64,000 bases of DNA from Daphnia carinata (lineage: Eukaryota). Position 1 is the first letter of the stretch, and every line of letters begins with the position of its first letter. Below the pieces are notes generated by a model, which saw only the letters and a program-made list of their open reading frames with translations, did no database searches and was not told the DNA's origin. The stretch is from contig NC_081334.1 of NCBI RefSeq assembly GCF_022539665.2, positions 2,232,001 to 2,296,000 of the forward strand, given 5' to 3'. A program made the translations under genes and the position numbers. Of the stretch, positions 51,301-61,900 are shown piece after piece.

Positions 51301-51440
51301 CCCTTCGCTTTACAGACGTATGAAAAGAAACCGTGAAAACTATGGCAATATGGCAACCCGTTTTACCCAAATATTTCTGCTGCATCGCGCTAGCGCTGTA
51401 GCGTACTGGCGCGCTAGCAATGTATCAAATATTCGGTGTA

Positions 51441-52068
51441 TTTAAAAAACGATTAACTTAATGAAAAAATAGCAATTTTCCCGGAATCAGCATTTAATTT
51501 TGAGTATATCTTGTGATATTCAACCAATGCCGATGAGTGCCAGTTTTTGCAGAATTTTTTTTTAAGCCCGACTAAATAAGCCTGACTAAATAAGCCCGAC
51601 TTTTCTTATTTTTTCGTTTTTTACGTTTAATTAAAAAACCATAAGACCAATTGAAAAATAAATTTGATTTCCATGATAAGCATTCGATTCTGAATCGAAA
51701 TCATTTATTTTAAGCGAAATTTAAAATTTACCCAAAAATGAAAAACTGCAAAGGCTATATAGCCTTACCACTTTCGCCAAAATCGGCCAAAAAATGACAT
51801 CTCTTGGAATTCGACGAAAATCACTCAGTATAATCAAAATTTAACGCTGATTCATAAAGTCATTCATCTTCTTGTCAAGTTAGCCGTTTTTGAATTACAT
51901 CGAATATTCGTGCAAAAATAAGTCGGGCTTATTTAGTCGGGCTTAGAAATTTTTTCTACAAAAGCCGGCACTCATCGGAATTGGTTGAACATCACAAGGT
52001 ATACACAAAATTAAATGCTGATTCCGGGAAAATTGCTATTTTTTTCATTAAGTTAATCGTTTTTTAAA
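51441..52068. mobile_element. Foldback / MITE-like structure with ~150-160 bp inverted arms around a central 16-bp palindrome
   Basis: 51441-51603 is the reverse complement of ~51917-52068 with few mismatches (tttaaaaaacgattaacttaatgaaaaaatagcaattttcccggaatcagcatttaatttt...aagcccgactaaataagcc). AAGGCTATATAGCCTT lies at 51751-51766. Confidence 0.8.
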
Positions 52069-52739
52069 ACATAAAACAAACAAATGAAAAACAAATACTA
52101 AGGTATTCAAGTTACTATGACAGCTCTATTACTATGCAATTCCACAAGTCACCTGAAGGCATAAAAATACTTGTTGTATGCAGTTAAGTGTATAGTATCA
52201 CCAAAGCATTAAACAAGTAACTAATTGCACCTGAAACTCCACTGGCCAGACAGCAGGTCATATACTTGAGCACAGGTGATTTTTCCCATGTTAACTATTT
52301 ACACATTTAGTGTCACTGTCATTTAAAATATGAAACAAGAGGAAATGAGTTTACAAGAGAGGAAGCTTAACCATAGAATCATTACCAGGATGTGTGGAAA
52401 TGAAATTATGAATATCACAGCTGTTATAATTTTCAGAATATTTTACTTTTACATAAAACATTCTCCAATTCATATTTTTTCTTTTCTTATCCTATATCAA
52501 TAAAATTTAAAACAAATCAATGTAGAAAACTTCTGCTTGTGAAAGTAAACATGTACCTGAACATTCATTGAAGGCCAACAATTCCTAATTGGCTTCCACA
52601 CACCATTCCAGAACGTAACCAGTGGTAGTTACTTGAAAAATATCTTGCATCTGTTTAAAATGTTTGTATCTGGTAAACTTAAAACCTGTTGCTAATGAAT
52701 AATAAATTTATGAACAAAAATTCACCACGAAGGTAATTG

Positions 52740-52952
52740 TGATTTAGCTTTAAGTGCGACTGGTGTATCTGCACCAGATTCACGGGTTTGCCTAGCAATC
52801 CCTTACGCACGAGTGATTATTGTTTTTTGTTGAGTTGATATTTTTTTTTTTTTTTTTTTAAGGAAGGCAAGGATTGTTGGGGGTGGTGGGAATCGAACAC
52901 GAGGTAACTATCTACGAAGGTATGGCGACAGCCACTGTGCCAGGACCGCACA
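52740..52952 (-). mobile_element. tRNA-derived SINE-like insertion with flanking direct repeat
   Basis: Minus strand: A box TGGCACAGTGG, B box GTTCGATTCC, then an A-rich tract. ACCACGAAGGTA is repeated at 52724-52735 and 52953-52964, whereas the inverted paralog at ~45270 has one copy and no insert. Confidence 0.6.
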
Positions 52953-53069
52953 ACCACGAAGGTATTTGCCTATTGTTTCGTTGAAAACTCAAATACCTAC
53001 TGTATTACCTATGGTAAATTGTCTGCTAATGTAGCAGGCATTCACACGTATCAGACTTCAGGTCAGGCT

Positions 53070-53395
53070 TGCAACGCCATTTATTGGACTTCAGGTCATG
53101 CTTGGGACGCCATCTATTGGAATTCCGGTTATGCTTAGGACAGCATCTATTGGATTTCAACGCCATCTATCGGACTTCAGTAGGGTTGTAATGGACTTCA
53201 TACCAGGCTTCCAACGCCATCTATTTACTCACTCAAGCCATCTAGTGCTTAGAAATAACAATCCAAAGCCATCTAGTGCCAAGAAATAGAACTTCTAGCG
53301 GTTGGATTAGCAACAACACAGCGCCATCTGTTGTATCGAGATTCATTCATTTAGACTTTGAACTAAATGCAGACAATTTATAGCCATCTGACGTT
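53070..53395 (-). repeat. Degenerate array of GCCATCT(A/G) cores, the inverted counterpart of the 44.9 kb array
   Basis: gacgccatctattgg, aacgccatctatcgg, aagccatctagtgc x2, agcgccatctgttg and similar; about 10 copies. Confidence 0.75.
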
Positions 53396-55385
53396 GATAA
53401 AACAAACCATAAGAATTTTACTAAGAAAGATAAACATTAACAGATAATAGTGATTAACTTTCTATAATGGTTTACTTACCATCGGTATATGAAGTAATTT
53501 TGCCGCAAGGTGGTCCCCAAAGTAGCAGAGGAACAATGACTTCCTTTAGCCATCTGCATGCAATTAATTTACCACAGGGTGGGCATTATGGGTCACTTTT
53601 TTAATTCCTCATGTTTTTTTTTTCGTTTTCTTTCTGCCTCTGCTCCCCCAACCTGTTCCTGTATTGATACAACTTCACGTCATGGTAGAAACTGCACTGA
53701 GGCAAATAAACCTTCGATTTATGCTTACCGATATTCCCAGAGAATTGGATGAAAAGCTTTCTAAACGTTACCGCATAACAGTAACCTTTGTTGTTCCAAA
53801 ATCTCTTGCGTTAACTAACATGAAATAAAGTAAAATTCAATCAAGGATTCTTCAATGTGATGGATGTTCAGTATCAATGGTTTTCACGTGTCCTTTCCTT
53901 GTAGAGGATAACTCAGTTCTGACTCAACGCAATCTTTATTAGTAATCCGAAAGAGGTCTGTCGCATTTTCGCTCAAAAACGGATTCGTTTCCTTTCAGCG
54001 ACACAAATGCGCAACACCTGACACACCTGAAATCTAAATAGGCCAATCTGATATATTATGTTATATTGTATACGTTATGTATATATACGTGCCGCCAATG
54101 CCAGCCCGCACTAGTCACTGCAGTATTTAATGCGTTCATACACTGCGGTTTGAGTGTAATAGTGGATGACCTAAAATTGTTTGAAACAACAGTCAGGTAA
54201 AACTCTGTTACCTCACCGTCCTCTGCGTCAATTTCATTACTGTAGTAGGGCAGTAGAAATTTTGACGGCAAGGATACAAGGAGAAGATGGCGTGTTTGAA
54301 AAAATTGCTCAAGATGGCTGTATGATGGAGAAATGGATAGCTAATGAAAAATCTCCGTATGTAGAAATTGGCGGACACGATATGACGGACGCCACGGCGA
54401 TGCACTCAATTAGGTACTACATCATCATCTGGCAGCGCCATTCTTCTTTCGGCTCCTTGTTGGGGCTTGCATCAGGAACTAAATAGTTTTCGTCCGGATT
54501 TTCAGGTTCTTCTTTCCCAAGTTCCGGCTCCTATACTGGTTGTTCATTCCTCAACTGTATTCACCTTCCAGACCTTGTCGGGAAGAAATAGAAAAAAATA
54601 ACAAGTGTAACATCATTCAAAAAGCAAAAAAAAACAAAAGCAGATGAAATTCAAAAAATTTTTAGGGATACTTGTTTCTTAGCAGAAATCCCTTGCCTCA
54701 TTAAGGATATCACTGACACCCTTGCTTACATCAAGGCTTAGGTCTTGACAAAAATCTGAACCTGTGGCTAGGCCGTTGCAACAAGCTCATCTGCTAGGGG
54801 CTATCTCTGTATTTCACAACTTTAACATTAATGTGTGGATTGTATATGATGCAAATTCTTTTATGTGCTTTGGGGTGACAGAAACCCATCAACACAAAGA
54901 GACCTGTTGAAGAAAAAGATTATTATGAGACGAAAACAAACATGGATGTTAACATTCCCACAAGAACTAGTCTTAATTTTTCAAACTTTCAAGTTTTACA
55001 CATCTCAAAAGCTATCAAATATACAGTCTACAAGACGTGAATAAGAGCTCTGTTAATCAAGAAGTTACAACTGAAGATTTTAAACAAAGTAGATTAAAAC
55101 CAATGCTTCGAGAAACCTAGTAGCTGGTGTCACCTCTAAAAGCACTTGCAGTATCCAATACTCTCGACTGAATTAATGTTATCTACAGCAAATAGCTGCA
55201 CCTCCCATACAAACAGTGACCAAACAAGGACTAATAACTGTATAACATAGTGAAAAAAAGAAACACATTATCTGCAGTGATATTCCATTATTCCGTTAAC
55301 CATACATTTCCTAACACACGACATAAATGATAATGAGAGACTCTACAAATGAGAGTGTATGCTAAACCATGGCTAAATCCTTCAA

Positions 55386-55528
55386 AAACCGCGATTTGAC
55401 GGTTTGTACACGCAGTTTGTACCCGCGGTGTAAACTGCAGTTTACATCGCGGTTTTGCACGGTTTGCACCGCGGTTTTACGGTTTGCACCGCGGATTTGC
55501 GGTTTGAAAAACCGCGGTTTGCCCTGAT
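55386..55528. repeat. Subterminal-type repeat array (GCGGTTT/AAACCGC) ending in ...GCCCTG; possible solo transposon end
   Basis: Multiple ggtttgcaccgcgg units; the reverse complement begins CAGGGCAAACCGCGG, reminiscent of hAT-type termini. No partner end was found. Confidence 0.5.
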
Positions 55529-56380
55529 CAAAGACGATCGGGGCCGAGCCCTACCTACAGCGTTACCGCGATGCAGCCCAAATATTCGGTGTATTCCCAA
55601 AACAATTGATTTAATGACAAAAAATACAATTTTGTGATTTTCACAAAATTACAGTGTCAGATTTTACAGGTTTTTGAGGGAAAATTCCCACGGTACACGC
55701 GCCAGTGTCATAGCGTGCCAGTACGCAATAGCGTAACGCTATGCAATACAAATATTCCGTGCGTTTCCAAAACGGTTGATTTAATGAAAAAAAAATACAA
55801 TTTTCTCGGAACTAGTATTCAGGCTTGAATATAATTCTGTGATTCCCAAAAAATTTTCAATTGATGCCAGATTTTTTACACATTTTTTTATACATATACT
55901 CAAATTCGAGCGCTGATTCCGGTTGTACTATTAGTTTTCCCGTTAGTTATATAGTTTTTAATAAAACGCAATCGTAGCAGTTACGGCGCACATAACTTTT
56001 TGAATGTAATTACTCGAAAAGTAGTAGTCCCATGTGAAAATAAATAATAACTATCGTGATCCTCGTTAAATTTTGAATCTAAATCACGTGTAAAAAAAAC
56101 AGTTTTGGCTTTGAGGCGTACAGAATATTACACAATAAACATCGTGTGTATTGATTTGGCTCACCACCATACAATGAGATGAGCTAAGTGCAGTTGAAAC
56201 ACCGTAAAAAACGACGGAATAGCACATTAAAACATAAACGATATTTAGGTAGTTCCTTACGTCAAATAACATGTTTTGTTGCAGGTAATGGCGACACTGC
56301 ATATGGTTGCATTGTCAAACTTCCCCATTGTCTTGAGATCATCTGTAGCACAACCAAAAAGGTTTGTATCTAGGCCTGTT

Positions 56381-58901
56381 TTACATGTCGTCTGCAGTAA
56401 AAAGACCTGGTCGTTCTTGATATAAGGAGCCGCGTGGAACAGCCGTGGCCAAGGTCGCTTCGGTCGTAGCTATTGAGACGCAGTAAGCTGACGTGTGCCC
56501 GAGCGTACCATGTCTCCGCAGCCCAGTTCCGTTACTCATTTCAAACATAACTAAAGAACGCACAAAGAAAACTGATCTGCTTGCTTTCTGATTACAAAAC
56601 CAACCGAAATGAATGTCTTTAAACATACCAGAGTTGGGTCTAGCATTGTGGGCGTCTTCGTCTTCGCAGCAACGGACGAAACAGCAACAAATTTGCGAGA
56701 ATCTCCGTCTCCGAGTGCAAGATCGAACCATCATGCGCCGAAAGTTGGTTGACATGAACCTATATATTTACAAAAATGCCTCTCATAATTAAAAAATCAC
56801 GCGATATTATTGCCTTTCTCAACTTACCCGTATATAACAGGATTGATGCAACTGTGAACAAACGGCAGCAAATAGAAAACAAAACGTAATTGGTAAACCG
56901 TGTGGTCATAGCTGGGCAGGCCCCACTTGATTATTACATTCAGTAATAGCCTTGGTCCCCAGCAAACGAGGAACAACAAAACGACCAATATCAGCATCTT
57001 GATGACCTGGTCAATCAAAATCAGTTCAAGTACCACCGAATCGATTGCAACCGATCTTTTCAATGAGTTCCATTATTTAATTTTAGTAGCCTATCACCTG
57101 TTTACGGGCTTGTTTTGCACCGTCACCGCTGCGTGCATGGCCATACTTATTAGTCGGTTTACGAACGTGATGAGGCTCTTGGTGGTGAGACTGCATGTGA
57201 CTAAGCCGGCCTGTGACAGTGTTAAGTCCTGGGCCATGATTGGATCCCCATCCGGTTTGAACATTTTGTACGTCAAGACGGCGCGGTGAGCCACTGTTGC
57301 ATTCGCGTGTCATGGCCGTGATTTGCTTTGTCGAAAGCCATAGCTCCTGAATGACTCGTGAATAGCAGATAATCATGAGGAGCAGCGGGAGAACGAGCAT
57401 GATGAGGAGCTGGTAGAGAGCGATGACGAAACCGCTGTAAGCACCTAAACCTTGATCCTGACCGATATCTCCTGTATCCATACAATCTTCTGACAGATTC
57501 CATTGTTGTAATTCATTATTTTATTCCTTTATAAATGTAAATCATTTAGGTATTTCAAAATGTTAACTCACAGTGAACGGCAACAGATGTCTTGTTGTTA
57601 TAATAGATGTATGTGACACTGTCCTATTCGCATTCAAGTGATCAAACAAAAAATGAATTGTCTTTATGGTACTCTGTTAACGTAGTAAAAACTTACTCGG
57701 GCCCAAACGGACGGAGCTGTAAGTAAAAGGGCAAAAATCCAGACTGCAATTAAAGCTCTTCGGCAGTTGTGCAGCGTACAAAATGATCGTGACTTCATTG
57801 GGTATACAATCACTAAGTACCTAAAAAGAATTGAAAATATTAATAATAAATGAATCAAAATCTATGGCCAAATTTTTTTTGTGCTTCCAAGATACAAATT
57901 TAAAATACTAAGCCGACACTACCAACAAAACGGCAGGCTGTTATATATGCCGCTATTTATACATCGTATAATTTTGACATCGTTTTACTCTTCACAGCTG
58001 TCAGTCGTAAATTATGGTACATCAGCTGTCATTATCGATTAATAATTATCGATATTAGTCTACGTTATTCAGTCGACTTTGACTGCGCAACTATAATTCG
58101 ACCACAAATCAACGGATTACCAGCGACTATATCCCATAAGTCCTAATGGACGAAATTCAATCATGCGGAAGCAGAAAGCAATTACATATGAAGACCGAAG
58201 AACAATGACTTCCCTAAATCTACCGATGGCATTAGCTATAATTGATTAAATTTCAGCCCAAATTTGGGCAAGAAAGAAAAGAAAAAGATCACAAGCGTAA
58301 CTTTCGTAATCTTCATCTATATAGATTTGTCATTGCAGAAGACGACACGAGGGGCCAAACGTGACTTGGGTTTAACTACATGCCGCCTATAGATGTTTAA
58401 TCAACCGTAGCATTGGAATTGTAGACTATGCCCCCGCAGAGTTCCACTTTTCTTTGTTCAGAAGGCGTTTCCTTTTAAAACACACACACACACACACCCC
58501 CTTCCTTATTATATCAATTGAAGACGTCAATACGTACAAGTGGGCAAGCCTCATTCGTGTTTCACCCTCATAGAGCCTGCTTGTTAGTAGGGCAATAAAG
58601 GTCTTAGATGCGAGCCTGATAACAGTTGGAACAAAGTCGCTGGCTATGCCGTCATAACAATATCAAACCTTGTTTGCGAAATCAAAATAAAATGCGATAA
58701 AATAGTTGTGTTTACCTTTCTAAGCTGACTGCTGTGAGATTGAGGACGGAAGCGACAGCTGACAACATTTCCACGTAGTACTGGAGTTGACAGAGTCGGC
58801 CGCCTTTAGTCCACGGATTCAGAAAGTAGCCCATGGTCTCCAGCGGAGCGCTCACAGCTACCAAAAGAAGATCAGCCACCGCTAAGCTCACCAGAAACAT
58901 G
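56381..58901 (-). CDS. Class A (rhodopsin-like) neuropeptide-type GPCR, TM2-TM7 and C-tail; N-terminus/TM1 exon not located
   Basis: Exons ~58715-58901 (MFLVSLAVADLLL..CQL..SVLNLTAVSLER), 57697-57820 (YLVIVYPMKSR..VWIFALLLTAP), 57572-57623, 57098-57487 (TM5 LPLLLMIICYSRV), 56828-57007 (VIKMLILVVLLFLVCWGP..HSCINPVIYG) and 56381-56759 (FMSTNFRR..). ERY, CWxP and NPxxY motifs are present. Confidence 0.92.
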
Positions 58902-61900
58902 CTATCATCAAATTTAAAGACAAAAACAACTGGAATTATTTTCGATGACGTCGAACGCTGTTTCTCAGTCTACTGTGCCCAGCTTAAAACTTCACACGGA
59001 ATTCATTCATCTTTATTGTCATTCGTTTACGAACGATTAGTCTGTAATTATTGGCGCATACATTACAAGGTAACGAATGCGGATACAACGGATCCTTTCG
59101 TTGGCACGGCGAATAGGAAACACGTCGCTGACTGCGCAACCGTTAAGAACGTCTCGCCCATTCCGTCCGTGGCTTGTAAATATAACAAATCCCGAGGCCA
59201 TAAATGAACCCAACCGAAACGTCGGGACTTCCGAGTTTTAGCAAAAAGCTCTTATTCACATTGCTGCGGTGTATCAGCCGGGCCCAAATCTGCGTCCAAC
59301 GCAAATATAGCAAAGATAAAACATCGAGCGTTGCCAACTGAAAACCATTTCTATTAAATGATATATCTATTTACAGGTATATTGATAGATGCAAAGGCTA
59401 TATACTGTATAAAAAGCATAAAGATAGAACGCACGAATGTGCGACACATTTTTTTTTTTTTTTTATTATTTCTTCTTAAATCCAACGTCATTCCATGTGC
59501 CTGAATGCGTGTCATTTGCGTATATCCAATCAAATGTGCATGCGATGGGTAATTTGAATAACGCTACTGGACAGATAATATTGACGACAGTTGTCTCAGG
59601 TTATTTTAAAATAAATACATGATGCAATGAGAATTTTTTGACATTGCCAAAATAAGCTTCGTTTCTTGCTTTTGGATGAAAAAAAGAAAAATGTGTGGGC
59701 GTACGCTGACGATCGCGAGTATAACGAACGGTTATGTATCGTTCGTGTCTCCACGTCAGTTGGCTTCACGCATAAAAGAATAAGAAGCAATATAAAGCCG
59801 TATATATATAAAAAAAAATTTAGATTTTTGAAAAGATCGAAACTGAGGGCTATATAGCGCACGAAATTCTCTTTCTTTTCGCAATAAAAATGCGAGGCTC
59901 AATAACGCAAATGCAATTTGTGAGGCTGAACGCACTGTGACAAAGTCTGTGCCCACGTTAACTGTTTCCACCCATCCACATTTTTATTGAGCTTCTTCTC
60001 ACAATTTTGTTTCGTAAAGAAATATATCTTTAAATCATTGTACGTTCGCCCTACACACTTGTTAACAAGAAAGCATCGTCATCTCCTTTATTTTCATAGT
60101 TACACTGTACAACGAGAGTACAGCCTCGTTATTTTCTCAAAACGAACGACCGCATCCAACTAATGGAAATCGATTTCTGTTCTTTCGTGACCATTGTGCA
60201 ACTATGTTCATATCACGGTTTCGTTGCTCCGTTCAGTCGGCATGGCCTGCCCGTGGCTTTTATAGCCGCAATATGACCATCCGAGCCGAATTAGCGATAT
60301 GAACGAAAATGATTATATAAACCGGCTTATTGGTCACGTATAGCTACATCCCCCATTGCAATAGGACCAAGCAAATGTCACGTGGTATTTAACAACATCA
60401 CGATGTCATACACCGCTATCCTCTATGTGTACTTAATATATTTCCAGTGATAATATAAGGGCAAGCAACGGGCCTTCTTCGCTCGACTATGTCAAAAGTT
60501 ATTTAGCCTTTCTTCCGAACTTCCAATGCCAGTCTTTGAAGTGATCGTCTGTGTGTGTTAACTTGCTTTGATTTCCATCCAACTTCTCTTAATATATTGT
60601 CTGCGCATTGGAACTCGGTCTAAATTGTACATTCTGAGTGATGGCGCCTTGGTTTTCAGGTTGAATAAACACCTCGAACTGCACAACGGATTTATAATGT
60701 AGGCCTACGTCTATTTAAATGGAATTGAGACTTTCGTTTTTTTTTCGTAAAAATTATTCAATGAAGATAGAGGGAATCTTCGATGGGCTTTATGATTGAC
60801 CGCATTTGTTGATAGGGGAACGGGACTCAGAGATGGAGGTCTGCAAAGATGAAAGTCACGCGCTGCTTGTCATTTTTCGTGTCTATACTCGCGTGACTAC
60901 ACTCACGCGTTACCACTGGACTCTACGTATTAAGCGGACACGCTTGGCTGCTGTAGTAGTACAGTAGCTCGTTTATGCAATTACGTTTTATTCCAGTTCT
61001 CTTTATCGTATCATTTATTATTTTTTTTCGATCCATTCAGTTGTCCAGTTGGAGTGATGTATTGACTATACAATAATAATAAAAAAAAATAATCAGCCAA
61101 TCTATTGCAGCTTGTTGCATCACGTGATCTATGAATCGAACTGTAATCAAACTATTTGTATACAGTTTGATTCCATCCGAGATAAAATATAAGATTAAGT
61201 CTAAACAAACGGACAACCCATAAATATAAGGAAAACAAAAAAGGACTATCTCTGTAATGGCTGTAGCAAATAAGCTGCAAATGGGAATAAAAACATTTCT
61301 GATTAACCGATAACGGTGTTTGGATAACGAGGTCAGACAAATACAGCAAACGACTAACCAAACATCAGAAGCAGAAGGCAAAGAGCAAGTGATTTAATTA
61401 GCTCTCGTATCCTAGAAATATCTTTGAAAAAAAAAAAATTTGGAACTAACCATCTCGAAGGTCCCCCGGAAATAAATTCCACTTGGCTACACTAAACGGA
61501 CATAGTTGGCATGTCCGGTTACGCTTGGTGTATGTAGTTCAAAGGGTACGTTGAACCTGACTTTCCCCTATTTTACTATTGCCCTCTCGCTTTACTCCTT
61601 TATATATAATGTATACGATATCACGTCTGATTCGTTTCCATTGGCCGAAATTGCACCTTGCGGGACTGTCGAATTATTGCGGTATTGATCGTCGTCGGGT
61701 GATGCCATTTCTTTTAACTCCTTTTATTTTTTCTTATTTACAGCAGTAGCAGATGGCTAGTCCCAACTGTCATGCCGCTATCCTTATAAGCATTAAAAAG
61801 AAAACAAACATCTAAAAAAATGATGCAATGAAAACAGCGATTTTAAAGCCGCTTGTTTAATATGCAAAATCCTGAAGTCTAAAAAAAGGCCTTGTACTTA

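Larger units (their letters stand above)
42717..56090. mobile_element. Composite block of degenerate, probably non-autonomous DNA-transposon-like elements with decayed multi-exon gene remnants; family not identified
   Basis: No intact conserved ORF. Internal direct repeat (42717-42860 ~ 51713-51855), inverted paralogous segments (43120-43375 ~ 51065-51292; 45270-45790 ~ 52200-52735), foldback at 51441-52068, and a related terminal-like arm at 55570-56090. Confidence 0.6.
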
